DNA of 64,000 nucleotides from an uncultured Verrucomicrobiae bacterium (GCA_963764165.1 CAVXRD010000001.1:1649649-1713648), one strand, 5' to 3'; positions 50,212 to 60,244 are shown, counted from the stretch's first letter. Numbers and translations: made by a program. Notes: generated from the letters alone by a model not told the origin.

Positions 50212-52743
50212 CTATTTGGAACGGGCAGCGCGCTGATCCGCAAATTCCACGGCGAGATTCACGGTGTCCATCAATTCCGTGACGCGGATTGGCTTGGTAA
50301 GATAGCGAAAGAATCCAGCCGCCAGCCCCTTTTCAATATCGCGCTGCATCGCGTTTGCGCTCAGCGCGATGATCGGGATATGCGCGGTGGCCAAGTCGTT
50401 CGATAGAATCTGCATGGCCTCCAATCCACTAATGCCGGGAAGGTTGATGTCCATCAAGATGACATCCGGCTGCGAAGACCGGGCCATCTCGACGCCAAGA
50501 ATTCCATTGACAGCGCACAACAAATTGATATCGGCGCGCTGGGCCATCAACTTTTGGACGAGGCTCATGTTCGCCGGGTTGTCCTCGACATAAAGCAGCG
50601 TGCGAAGCCTCTGGCCAACCGGACTCGCCTCATGGCTGACGCCGGACGGTTCCGTGGTGGCCGTGGCTGCGGTGGGCGCATTGGCCAGAAGAAGTTCGAT
50701 CCAGAAAACGCTTCCCTCCCCATCTTTGCTTTCCACGCCAAGCACGCCTTCCATCAACTCGACCAATCGCTTGGTCACCACCAAGCCGATGCCCGTGCCG
50801 GTCACTCCGCTGGCTTCCTGCCCAAGGCGGTTGAACGGTTGAAAAAGCTGGCCAAGCTTTTCCGCCGATAATCCCGCCCCTGTGTCAGCCACGCTGATGC
50901 GCATCCGCACCGAATCTTTGACAACGCAATCCACAGTCACGCGCCCGTGATCCTTGTTATATTTAATGGCGTTGGAGAGCAGGTTGATGACGATTTGTTT
51001 CAATCGGGTTCGGTCTGCCCGGACAAAGCAGGAAGCCTCCAAATGCGGGAAGGTCATGGCGATGCCCCGCTGTTGCGCCTGGGGGTCCATCATGGCCTGG
51101 CATTCCGAAATCACCTCGGACAGAGACACGGGCTCCAGCGAAAGCGAGACTTTCCCGGATTCGACCACCGCCAGATCAAGCACCTCGTTGATGAGTTTCA
51201 ACAAGTGCCACCCGGCTTGCAAAATCTGGGTGATGCTTTCCTTTTGCGATGGCGAAGGATTGGAGCCCTCCATAAGCTGGGCGAAGCCGAGAATGGCGTT
51301 GAGCGGGCTGCGCAGCTCATGGCTCATGCTGGAAAGGAAATCGGACTTGGCGAGGTTTGCTTTTTCCGCCGCAAATTTGGCGCTCTCCAATTCCGCGTTT
51401 GTTTCCTGGAGCGCCTGCTCAAAACGTTTGCGCTCGGTCACGTCGCGCGCGGCGGCGAACACGCCTTGCAACCGCCGATCCCGATCGTAAAACGTGGTCG
51501 CATTGTAGGAGACCACCGTTTTCTTGCCGTCCCGGGCGCGCGCCGTCAGCTCGTAATTGGTGACCTTTTTTTCGCTCAGCACCAGCTTGATGGCCGCTTC
51601 GGCGCGGTCGGGGTCGGTGAAATAATTTTTGAACGGCGCGCCGATCAATTCATCACGCGTGCAGTCCGTCAGCGCTTCCATCTGTTTATTGACGTCCGTA
51701 ATGATGCCCATCGGATCGGTGGCCATCAGCGCGTCGATGTGGGATTCAATCAACGAGCGCGTGTAGAACTGCTGGTCGCGCAGGCGCTGATCGAGCTTTT
51801 TCTGCTCCGCTTCGACCTGTTTGCGCGCGGTGTTATCCGTGCCGATCAAAAGGTAGCCGATGATTCTCCCCTCAGGATCGCGCAATGCCGTGACAGACAC
51901 GACAGCCGGAAAGCGGCTGCCGTCCTTGCGGATGTAAGTTAATTCGTAAATGTCCTCAATCCCGCGCGACGCCTTAAAAACCAGAGCTTCGAAACCGGGA
52001 GTAATCGCGGTGGCCAGTTCGACGCTCAAGGCCTTGGCCCTTGCTATCACTTCCTGCGAATCCGAAATGTCCGCGGGCGTGATTTTGTTCAGCACTTCAG
52101 CCGCCGCGTAACCGAGCATGCGCTCGGCTCCGACGTTGAAGAGCTGAATGACGCCTTTTTCATCGGTGGCGATGCTGGAAAAATTGGCGCTGTTGAAAAT
52201 CGCGCTCTGCAGCGCGCCGGCTTTCAGAAGCGCCTCCTCCGCCCGTTTGCGAGCGCTGTTGTCGGTGCCGATCAGCAGGTAGCCGATGATCCCGTCCAGC
52301 TCATCGCGCAAGGCGGTGACGGACACGACCGCCGGAAAGCGGCTGCCGTCCTTGCGGATATAGGTTAATTCGTAAATATCCTCAATCCCGCGTGAAGCCT
52401 TGAACACCAGCGCCTCAAAGCCCGGCGTGATCAAGGTGCCAAATTCCAGGCTCAACGCTTCGGCCCGCGCGATCAATTCGTGCGAATCGGAAATATCGGC
52501 CGGAGTGATTTTGTTCATGACCTCCCGCCCTGCGTAACCCAGCATCCGCTCCGCTCCGACATTGAAAATTTGTATGACACCTTTTTCGTCCGTGGCGATG
52601 CTCGAAAAATTGGCGCTGTTGAAAATCGCGTTTTGCAGGGCTCCCGCCTTGAGCAGGACTTCCTCGCGGCGGACCTCGGAGATTTTGGGGGGAGATGAAG
52701 CGCTCTTTGAATCCGTGGCGGCAGTAACTAATGTTTTATTCAT
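50212..52743 (-). CDS. Cytoplasmic hybrid histidine kinase: three PAS, HisKA, HATPase and REC domains
   Basis: RKDGSRFP PAS/PAC motifs, SHELRSPLN, NLLSNAIKY, DTGAG, GTGIGL, LMDINLPG. Confidence 0.94.
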   Translation of the reverse strand: MNKTLVTAATDSKSASSPPKISEVRREEVLLKAGALQNAIFNSANFSSIATDEKGVIQIFNVGAERMLGYAGREVMNKITPADISDSHELIARAEALSLEFGTLITPGFEALVFKASRGIEDIYELTYIRKDGSRFPAVVSVTALRDELDGIIGYLLIGTDNSARKRAEEALLKAGALQSAIFNSANFSSIATDEKGVIQLFNVGAERMLGYAAAEVLNKITPADISDSQEVIARAKALSVELATAITPGFEALVFKASRGIEDIYELTYIRKDGSRFPAVVSVTALRDPEGRIIGYLLIGTDNTARKQVEAEQKKLDQRLRDQQFYTRSLIESHIDALMATDPMGIITDVNKQMEALTDCTRDELIGAPFKNYFTDPDRAEAAIKLVLSEKKVTNYELTARARDGKKTVVSYNATTFYDRDRRLQGVFAAARDVTERKRFEQALQETNAELESAKFAAEKANLAKSDFLSSMSHELRSPLNAILGFAQLMEGSNPSPSQKESITQILQAGWHLLKLINEVLDLAVVESGKVSLSLEPVSLSEVISECQAMMDPQAQQRGIAMTFPHLEASCFVRADRTRLKQIVINLLSNAIKYNKDHGRVTVDCVVKDSVRMRISVADTGAGLSAEKLGQLFQPFNRLGQEASGVTGTGIGLVVTKRLVELMEGVLGVESKDGEGSVFWIELLLANAPTAATATTEPSGVSHEASPVGQRLRTLLYVEDNPANMSLVQKLMAQRADINLLCAVNGILGVEMARSSQPDVILMDINLPGISGLEAMQILSNDLATAHIPIIALSANAMQRDIEKGLAAGFFRYLTKPIRVTELMDTVNLAVEFADQRAARSK

Positions 52744-52746
52744 GGG

Positions 52747-53706
52747 TCATTTGCGATTTTTGGACGACGGAGGTTGCTCGAATGCGGGCGGCGGATTTGT
52801 TTTGTTGACGAATTTGCGCACGAACCAATTGTGCTGGGCGGCCACAATGAGCCGCTCCAGTTCGCGCATGGTGGTTTGTGTTTCATTGACAAGACCGGGA
52901 AGATCCTTCGCTTCGTTGGCGGCGGCGGCGGTGATTTCCGGCAATCGCGCCGTGCCGTTCTCGACGTTTTGCGCGGCGATATTCAAGTGGGAAACAACGG
53001 CTTGAAGATTGGTCAGCGTCGCGTTTGCCTCGAGAAGGACTTGCTGCGCCTCATCCGCCATGGCCGTGTCTGTCAATAGTACGCCCGCTGTTCCTTCGCC
53101 GTTCTCAATGCCGGTGGCCATGTTGTCCAGGCGGCCGATGAAATTGTGCCACTGGTCGCCGTGCTTTCGCCATTCGCCGCCCAGCTTCGTCCATTGCTCC
53201 AGTCCGGCGCTGGCTTTTTTAACCACCGGCAGCAGCTCCGCTTGCAGCTCCGTGGCCATCTTTTCGATGCGGCTCAGGGAATCCTCCGAAACGAGGCAAA
53301 CAATCATTGGCCGGCGCAATGGAAGGGCTGCGCCATGGCCGCGTTTGACCTCCAGCACCGAGTCGCCCGCCAGGCCGAAAACCTTTTTGATGGTCGCCGT
53401 GGAATCCTTGCGCACGAAACGCTCGAAGTCCCGGCGGATTTTAATCAGCGCCGTCATGCGGCCATCCTCGCCAACGTTGATTTCATCGACGAAGCCGACG
53501 GATGTGCCGAGGATGACGACATCATCACCCCGGCGAAGGCCGAGCGCGCCTTCCTCGGGGAGCTGCACTCCGAAAGTGTACTTGCGCGAGAACCATTGCT
53601 GCGAGTGCTCGCTGAACACGACCCCTGCCATGACCAGCACGAACACTCCCATGACGAGCAGGCCGATCAGCTCGTTCACATGACGAAAGTGGTAGCGTTT
53701 TTCCAT
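52747..53706 (-). CDS. mlaD: MlaD/MCE-domain protein
   Basis: N-terminal TM, GLRRGDDVVILGTSVGFV MCE motif, helical C-terminus. Start taken at ATG 53706. Confidence 0.85.
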   Translation of the reverse strand: MEKRYHFRHVNELIGLLVMGVFVLVMAGVVFSEHSQQWFSRKYTFGVQLPEEGALGLRRGDDVVILGTSVGFVDEINVGEDGRMTALIKIRRDFERFVRKDSTATIKKVFGLAGDSVLEVKRGHGAALPLRRPMIVCLVSEDSLSRIEKMATELQAELLPVVKKASAGLEQWTKLGGEWRKHGDQWHNFIGRLDNMATGIENGEGTAGVLLTDTAMADEAQQVLLEANATLTNLQAVVSHLNIAAQNVENGTARLPEITAAAANEAKDLPGLVNETQTTMRELERLIVAAQHNWFVRKFVNKTNPPPAFEQPPSSKNRK

Positions 53707-53725
53707 TATATTCCTGGCAAATTCC

Positions 53726-54430
53726 TCACGAAGCCGCCGGTTCCAGCGGGCGCAGTTCAGAGCCAAACATTCTGGCGCGCGTCGTTGTGCGGGTGCTGGC
53801 GTGATTCCATATTTTTGGATCGGCGATGGTCCAAAGCACAGCGGCCCCGCGCTGGCGCGCGGACTTTACCGCATTTGTGAGCGGGGCGATAAGGTCGGCA
53901 AAAATGCCGCGGACAGGCTGCTCCAAAATGATGAACGGCGGCTGGCCAAGAAAAGCGCGAATGCAAGCGGCCTTGCGCAAGTCCCACCGCCGCATGCTTC
54001 CCGGCCGCCCGCGGGGCAGGCCCGGCAGGCCAAAGACGCGCGCCCATCGCAGCGCCTCCTCGACGATATCCTCTTCGCTACGCGAGGTGTGGTGGAGTTC
54101 CGATAACATGATGTTTTGATCGACATCGAGATCGCTGATCCAGCCGTCATCTTCAAATAAACGGCCAATTCTTCCGCGCTGCGCGGCGGCGCGATCAGCA
54201 GACATGCGCTGCCAATCCTCGCCCATAAACGTCACGCTTCCCTGCTTGGGCGGGGCCAGGCCTTGGGTGGCATCGGCCAGCGGCATTCGTTCGTTTTCGC
54301 GCTCCATGCGAACCAGCAGGAGATCGCCCCGCTTGATCTCGAACGAGCTGTTCCACAATCCCGTTTCATAATGCGGACCCGATTCGATCGTCACGCCGGT
54401 GAATTTTACGATGGGAGATGAATCATTCAT
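53726..54430 (-). CDS. MlaF-like ABC ATPase fold with degenerate nucleotide-binding motifs
   Basis: GSVTFMGEDW, RIGRLF, LDVDQNI, RAFLGQP..IILEQP; no Walker A motif; lies between mlaE and mlaD. Confidence 0.75.
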   Translation of the reverse strand: MNDSSPIVKFTGVTIESGPHYETGLWNSSFEIKRGDLLLVRMERENERMPLADATQGLAPPKQGSVTFMGEDWQRMSADRAAAQRGRIGRLFEDDGWISDLDVDQNIMLSELHHTSRSEEDIVEEALRWARVFGLPGLPRGRPGSMRRWDLRKAACIRAFLGQPPFIILEQPVRGIFADLIAPLTNAVKSARQRGAAVLWTIADPKIWNHASTRTTTRARMFGSELRPLEPAAS

Positions 54431-54443
54431 GGCGGAACGCAGC

Positions 54444-55337
54444 TCAAAGATAGGCCAGCACTGAAATGGCAACCGAAGTCCGATACAGCGAGAAAAGCGA
54501 CCGCGTCAAAGCCCGTTTTGCCGCCAAGGGAACTTGCGTCACTCCCCCTTCGACGCTCAAGCCCTCGGTGCAGCAAATCACCGCCGTGAGAAGCGCGGGC
54601 AGGAGGCATTTGGCGAGAAAACTAATGGCATCCATGGGGCGGACGGCGTTGAAAACGCTGATAAGAAAGCCGGACGGATCGAGGTTGGCATGGCCGAAGA
54701 AGCGGCCAAACCCAAAGCCGCTGGCAAAAGCCACCACCACAAAAATCACTGTCAAACAAAATGAAGCGGCGGCCATGGCGAGAACCCGCGGCATGACCAG
54801 GAACAGCAGCGGCTCAATTCCCTGGGCTTCCAGCACGCGCACTTCACCTCCTGTTTTCATAAGCCCCAGCTCGGTTACCATCGCGCTGCCGCCACGGACG
54901 ATCAGAACGAAATTGGCGAAGAGCGGCCCAAGTTCGCGCGCCACCACGATCACCAGCAATGGCCCGAGCTTCTGGGATTGCCCGAGCCTGCCGGTCCACA
55001 CGCCAAGCTGGACAACGACGGAAAGGCCGACCATGACCGCGACCGAAAAAATGTAGCGGCTGGTCTCCACGCCGAAGAAAAAGAACTGCCACTTGAAAGC
55101 GTTTCTTACTGTGCGCCGCCAGTAGCGAGGCTGCGCGGCGAGAACAAGGACCGACCCGAGCACCGAGGCCAGATAGTGGGCGTCGCGCCACTGCTCCCAT
55201 GCGTAGAGACCAACGCGCCCCGGCATTTTTCGGAAAGAATCGGCCACCCGGCCTCGAAAGCCGGGCGCGAAAAAGCCCGGTTCGCGGCGGTTAAACAATC
55301 CCCCGCGAGGAAGGACATTATTCAACTCTCGCTGCAT
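54444..55337 (-). CDS. mlaE: MlaE-family ABC permease
   Basis: VVARELGPL, GSAMVTELGLMK, LVMPRVLA. Start uncertain. Confidence 0.88.
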   Translation of the reverse strand: MQRELNNVLPRGGLFNRREPGFFAPGFRGRVADSFRKMPGRVGLYAWEQWRDAHYLASVLGSVLVLAAQPRYWRRTVRNAFKWQFFFFGVETSRYIFSVAVMVGLSVVVQLGVWTGRLGQSQKLGPLLVIVVARELGPLFANFVLIVRGGSAMVTELGLMKTGGEVRVLEAQGIEPLLFLVMPRVLAMAAASFCLTVIFVVVAFASGFGFGRFFGHANLDPSGFLISVFNAVRPMDAISFLAKCLLPALLTAVICCTEGLSVEGGVTQVPLAAKRALTRSLFSLYRTSVAISVLAYL

Positions 55338-55574
55338 GGTCTGAGCTACGGCGCAGCCGTCTTGATTTTGACGGGGATCGAATGGCTTGGTGCTTTTCGA
55401 TAGATGGGTTTGACAAATGAATCGGCGCGAAATCCGCTCGGCCCTGACCACAATTCGAAACCGTGGCGGCCATCGGCGACAAAGTCGCCATGGCTCACGT
55501 GCTCGTGCGGCCGCAACTGCCGAAGTTGTTTCGAGCCGCCGTCGCGCAAAGGGGTTACGGGCTTAATCATGAAT

Positions 55575-55727
55575 TCAAAGCACTCGACGGCGTCCGGAAA
55601 GGAGGTTGACGAGGATCATAATGATCGCAACGACCAGCAGTATGTGGATGAATCCGCCTATGGTGTAGCTGGTTACGAGACCCAGCAGCCAGAGGACGAT
55701 GAGAACGATGGCAATGGTGTATAACAT
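55575..55727 (-). CDS. Second lmo0937-family small membrane protein (50 aa)
   Basis: Manual translation MLYTIAIVLIVLWLLGLVTSYTIGGFIHILLVVAIIMILVNLLSGRRRVL; below the ORF-track size cutoff. Confidence 0.85.
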   Translation of the reverse strand: MLYTIAIVLIVLWLLGLVTSYTIGGFIHILLVVAIIMILVNLLSGRRRVL

Positions 55728-55909
55728 AAAAATTCCGCCAAAATCGGCGTTTGATTACACAGTGTAGGAAATGAAGCGCGCCTCCCGCCATCAGGTAAAA
55801 CCAGAGCATCGCGTGCCGGAATCCGCTTTCGACGCGGAAAGAGCGTCCGCTGCGGCATACGAAGAACACCGGATAGAACGGGGGGAGGGTTTCACCCTAT
55901 AGTGCGCAT

Positions 55910-56356
55910 ATGGCAACACACCTAACGCCGCAAAACGAAGACCCGGTCACCCCGCCGCCTTCTCACCAACCTCACCTGCCCTGCCGCATTCTTGTGGTGG
56001 AAGACGACGATGACGTGCTAAAATTGAACGTCGCGACCCTGAAACAGGCAGGTTACCAAGTGGACGGCGCCGAGGATGGCGCCTTCGCTTGGGACGCGTT
56101 GGCCGCCGCCACGTATGACCTGGTCGTCACGGATAATAACATGCCCAAGGTCACGGGAGTGGAGCTGATCGGCAAAATGCAAACCGCCCACATGACTCTG
56201 CCGGTGATCATGGCCAGTTGGGCGATGCCAGAAGAGCAGTTTGTCCGCAACCGTGCGCTGCGGCCAGCCGCCACTTTGCTCAAGCCCTATGCCATTGCGG
56301 CATTGGTTTCGGCCGTGAGGGAAGTCCTCAGCAGAGAGACAATGCCGCATCGATAA
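55910..56356 (+). CDS. Single-domain response regulator
   Basis: ILVVEDD, VTDNNMP, IMAS, LLKPY. Confidence 0.88.
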   Translation: MATHLTPQNEDPVTPPPSHQPHLPCRILVVEDDDDVLKLNVATLKQAGYQVDGAEDGAFAWDALAAATYDLVVTDNNMPKVTGVELIGKMQTAHMTLPVIMASWAMPEEQFVRNRALRPAATLLKPYAIAALVSAVREVLSRETMPHR

Positions 56357-56410
56357 CCGCACTTGAAAAAAAGCAATTGGCCTGCGATGATTTAGATACA
56401 TCTCAAGCCT

Positions 56411-57463
56411 ATGAGCCAAAATTACGATAAATCGCACGTCAATCGCCGCACGTTCCTGAAAAAATCCGGCGCCGCCGCACTCGCCGGCGTCGCCGCGCCC
56501 TATGTCCTGGCCCAGGATAAGAAAGGCGCAAGCCTGCCCGTCGTTGGCGTCGCCGGCCATCAATACGAAGTCATTCACGATTGGGGCGAACTTCCGTCCG
56601 GCCATGTCTATGGCAACACCCACGGCGTCACCGAGGATTCTCAGGGCTTCATTTACATCAAGCACACTGTCGGCAAAGGGGCGGCCGTCGAAGACGCCAT
56701 TGTCGTGTTCGATCCCAACGGCAAGTTTGTCCGTTCGTGGGGAAAAGAATACAAAGGCGGCGCGCATGGCCTTCACCTCAATCGCGAAGGCTCCGAAGAA
56801 TTTCTCTACCTTTGCGACCCCAATCGCCACCTTGTAGCCAAAACCACGCTGGACGGCAAGGAAATCTGGCGCATGTGGGCGCCTGAGGCTTGCCAGGGTT
56901 ATCACGCTCCCGACGAATACCGCCCCACCAACGTCGCCACCGCGCCCAACGGCGACTTTTACGTGGCCGATGGCTACGGCAAGAGTTTCATTCACCAATA
57001 TGATCGCAACGCGCATTACATTCGCAGCTTCGGCGGCAAAGGCAGCGAGGCGGGCAAGACCGACTGCCCTCACGGCCTGATGGTGGATTTGCGCAGCGGG
57101 ACGCCGACGCTCGTCGTCGCCGACCGCGCCAATCGTCGCTTGCAGTACTTCAATCTGGATGGCCAGCACGCGAGTTTTCACACCGATGACATGCACGCCC
57201 CCTGCCATTTCCACACTTTTGGCGACGTTATGGTCGTGCCCGACCTGGAAGCGCGCGTAACCTTGCTTGACAAGGACAACAAGCTCATCGCCCACCTCTG
57301 CCAGGGGCCGGGCTATCAGGGCCTGCGTGACAAAACGCGCGATCATTTTACGCCTGGCCAATTTGTTGCGCCGCACAGCGCGTATTTCGATCATGCGGGG
57401 AACATCTTCGTCGTCGAATGGGTGGAAGTCGGCCGCGTGACGAAACTGCGCCGCCTGGCATAA
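56411..57463 (+). CDS. Tat-exported NHL-repeat beta-propeller protein
   Basis: NRRTFLKK, YVADGYG, PHGL, VADRANRRLQYF, FVVEW. Confidence 0.85.
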   Translation: MSQNYDKSHVNRRTFLKKSGAAALAGVAAPYVLAQDKKGASLPVVGVAGHQYEVIHDWGELPSGHVYGNTHGVTEDSQGFIYIKHTVGKGAAVEDAIVVFDPNGKFVRSWGKEYKGGAHGLHLNREGSEEFLYLCDPNRHLVAKTTLDGKEIWRMWAPEACQGYHAPDEYRPTNVATAPNGDFYVADGYGKSFIHQYDRNAHYIRSFGGKGSEAGKTDCPHGLMVDLRSGTPTLVVADRANRRLQYFNLDGQHASFHTDDMHAPCHFHTFGDVMVVPDLEARVTLLDKDNKLIAHLCQGPGYQGLRDKTRDHFTPGQFVAPHSAYFDHAGNIFVVEWVEVGRVTKLRRLA

Positions 57464-57566
57464 GGGCGTGTTCGAGTGCATCGATCCGCAAAAGGCCAAA
57501 TTGCGGGGAATCACAGACAACAGAGATATTGAGCTATTGGGTAATTACGTGCCCGCCTCGGGCGAG

Positions 57567-59069
57567 TTACCGGGCACAATTCTTCAATGTCGCAGCATGC
57601 ATGTTGCCGGTTTCCGCAAAAGCGATGTGCAGCGCAAATGCGGAACGAAGAATCTGTGGGGAATGCGTGCTGCCAGCCGCGGCCACATATTCGAGCAAGA
57701 GGTCGCGGTAATCCGGATGGACGCAGTTCCCAATGATGGCTGCGGCGCGTTCCGCCGGACATTTTCCGCGCAGGTCGGCGATGCCTTGCTCGGTGATGAC
57801 AACCTGCACCGAGTGCTCGCTGCTGTCCAAATGGCTTACCATCGGAACAATCGTGCTGATCTTTCCGCCCTTGGCGGTGGATGGGCACGTAAAGATGGAG
57901 AGGAACGCGTTGCGGGCAAAATCGCCCGAGCCGCCGATGCCGTTCATCATGCTGCGGCCAAGGACGTGCGTGCTGTTGACGTTGCCGCCGATGTCCACCT
58001 CAATCGCCGTGTTAATGGAAATAATTCCCAGCCGGCGGACGATTTCCGGGCTGTTGCTGATTTCCTGCGGGCGGAGGAGAAGTTTGGGACGGAAATAATC
58101 CAGGTTGGCGTAAATATCGCGCAGAACCGGATTGCTGACAGTCAGGGAACAGCCGCTCGCGAAACGAACCTTGTCTTCTTTCACCAACGCAATGACTGCG
58201 TCCTGAATGACTTCAGTGTACATGTCGAACGTGGGGATATCTGGATGGCTGCCCATGGCTTTGAGCACGGCGTTGGCGGTATCGCCGACACCCGACTGAA
58301 TGGGGAGAAAGGAGGCCGGGATGAGTCCGCGTTTAAGTTCAGTGGCGAGGAAGTTGGCCACATTTTCCCCGATGCGGGCCGTCGTTTCAGAGCTGTCCGC
58401 GAAGGAGCCAATCTCGTCCGGCAGATCGGTTTCGACAATGCCGGCGATTTTCTTCGGATTAACTTTGACTGTTAGCGAGCCGATGCGATCGCTGGGGCGA
58501 AGAAGGGGCAATGGTTTGCGGTACGGCGGGTCTTCCGGTTGATAGTTGTCGTGGAAACCGCGAAGCTCCCGTGGGTGAAAGCGGTTTAATTCAATCAGGA
58601 TTTTGTCCGCCACCTGGCAAAAAGTCGGCGCGGATCCGACGGATGAAGTGAGAGTGATCTCGCCGTCGGGCGTGACGTCGCAGGCTTCTATTACTGCCCA
58701 ATGGACCGGCCCAAGGAACCCGTAGCGAACCGCCTGGGGCAACTGCGAGAGGTGCATGTCATAGAATTTGGTCCGCCCCGCGTTGATGCTTTTGCGCAAG
58801 TCAGGATCATTTTGGTAGGGCGTTCGGAAAAGAATGGCGTCCGCCCGCGCAAGTTCGCCGTCAAGCGAATGGCCTGTGGAAGCTCCCGTGATCACGCCAA
58901 TGCGAAACGGCTGTCCGGAATTTTTAATTGCGGTGGCGCGAGCGGCGATGGCTCTGGGAATTTCTTTTGGCGCGCCAGCAGGAGTAAAACCGCTGAAGGC
59001 AACGGTTTGGCCGTTTTGAATCTGCGCCGCGGCTTCGGCCGGGGTGAGGCGCGGGTATGAGTCTCTCAT
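57567..59069 (-). CDS. scpC: Succinate/propionyl-CoA CoA-transferase (acetyl-CoA hydrolase/transferase family)
   Basis: FSGFTPAG, QSGVG, YTEVIQD, MNGIGGSGDF, TEQGIADLRG. Confidence 0.9.
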   Translation of the reverse strand: MRDSYPRLTPAEAAAQIQNGQTVAFSGFTPAGAPKEIPRAIAARATAIKNSGQPFRIGVITGASTGHSLDGELARADAILFRTPYQNDPDLRKSINAGRTKFYDMHLSQLPQAVRYGFLGPVHWAVIEACDVTPDGEITLTSSVGSAPTFCQVADKILIELNRFHPRELRGFHDNYQPEDPPYRKPLPLLRPSDRIGSLTVKVNPKKIAGIVETDLPDEIGSFADSSETTARIGENVANFLATELKRGLIPASFLPIQSGVGDTANAVLKAMGSHPDIPTFDMYTEVIQDAVIALVKEDKVRFASGCSLTVSNPVLRDIYANLDYFRPKLLLRPQEISNSPEIVRRLGIISINTAIEVDIGGNVNSTHVLGRSMMNGIGGSGDFARNAFLSIFTCPSTAKGGKISTIVPMVSHLDSSEHSVQVVITEQGIADLRGKCPAERAAAIIGNCVHPDYRDLLLEYVAAAGSTHSPQILRSAFALHIAFAETGNMHAATLKNCAR

Positions 59070-59073
59070 AAAA

Positions 59074-59820
59074 TCAGTTCAGTTCTTTCAAATGCCGAAC
59101 CTGGCAGGCTTGGTGCGACGTCGTTTCTCCGGTGTCGTTCAACAGAATCAGTTCACCGGCCCTTCCGATTCCGCCGAACATTCCGCAGCGCAATTCACCA
59201 TCGAGATCAAGTTCAACCTTGCGCGGTTTTCCCCAGAGTTTGTTGACACGCGGAAGAATGGCCGCGAAGCCGTTCGGCCGCATGTCCTCCACCACGTCGC
59301 GCAAACGGCGGAGGACAATTTGCGTTAGAGTCCGCAGCGGCGGCGTTGAGGGAATCAAATCCGCCAGCCGCACCGTTTGATTTTTCAACTCCGGGTCGCA
59401 ATTTTCCGGGTGGTTGAGAACATTGATGCCAATGCCTGCCACTGCCGCGACCGGATGAAATCGCTCCACCAGGAGACCCGCCAGCTTTCGATCGTCGACA
59501 AGAATGTCGTTTGGCCAGCGCACGCGAAAGCGCTTCAAGCCGAGGCTCCGCAGGGAGTCGCACACGGCGAGCCCCACCGCCAGCGGCAATGCCGCGGCGT
59601 CCGCCCCGGCTGGCACCACGGCGGAAAGCCACAGGCCGCCTTCGTCGGAAACCCAGCCGCGCTGGAAGCGCCCGCGCCCCGCCGTCTGGCGATCGGCGCG
59701 CATCGCTTCCCAAACGGGAAGAGTCGCGGCGGCGAGATTTGTAGATGCGGTGACCGGGACTTCGTGAACGGCCCAGCCGTCGCTGACGTACGTGGGTTCG
59801 GTTACAGCGGGGGTGATCAT
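59074..59820 (-). CDS. birA: Biotin--protein ligase without an N-terminal HTH
   Basis: STN, QTAGRGR, WPNDIL, KLAGLL, GIGIN. Confidence 0.9.
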   Translation of the reverse strand: MITPAVTEPTYVSDGWAVHEVPVTASTNLAAATLPVWEAMRADRQTAGRGRFQRGWVSDEGGLWLSAVVPAGADAAALPLAVGLAVCDSLRSLGLKRFRVRWPNDILVDDRKLAGLLVERFHPVAAVAGIGINVLNHPENCDPELKNQTVRLADLIPSTPPLRTLTQIVLRRLRDVVEDMRPNGFAAILPRVNKLWGKPRKVELDLDGELRCGMFGGIGRAGELILLNDTGETTSHQACQVRHLKELN

Positions 59821-59824
59821 AATT

Positions 59825-60241
59825 CTAACTCAGCCGGATGAGCGCCTGGCCTTCGTCGACCGCGGAGCCAACCGTGGTCAGAATTTCGGCGACCGTGCCG
59901 GCCTTGGGCGAGTTGACAGAGGTGTTCATTTTCATCGCCTCGACCGTGAGAAGGTTGTCGCCTTCCTTCACGGCCTGGCCCACTTGAACGGCGATGGCAA
60001 TAATGCGGCCCGCCAGCGGGCTTTTGACATCGTCTGCGCCGTTGCCTGCGGGCGACGGTGTTGTTGTGACAGCAGATGGTGGGGGAGTCGCCGGCGCCAC
60101 GAGCGCCGGGACAGGCGCGGAAATGGGAGGCAGCGCGGGCGCGGCCGATGCGCCATTTTCATCGGGCACTTCAACACTGACGTCGTAAGATTTGCCATCC
60201 ACTGTTACACGAAGTTTCTTGATCATAACTTTTGTCGGCAA
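59825..60241 (-). CDS. Biotin carboxyl carrier protein (MmdC/transcarboxylase 1.3S-like)
   Basis: LRVTVDGKSYDVSVE, Pro/Ala linker, EAMKM. Confidence 0.92.
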   Translation of the reverse strand: MPTKVMIKKLRVTVDGKSYDVSVEVPDENGASAAPALPPISAPVPALVAPATPPPSAVTTTPSPAGNGADDVKSPLAGRIIAIAVQVGQAVKEGDNLLTVEAMKMNTSVNSPKAGTVAEILTTVGSAVDEGQALIRLS

Positions 60242-60244
60242 TGG

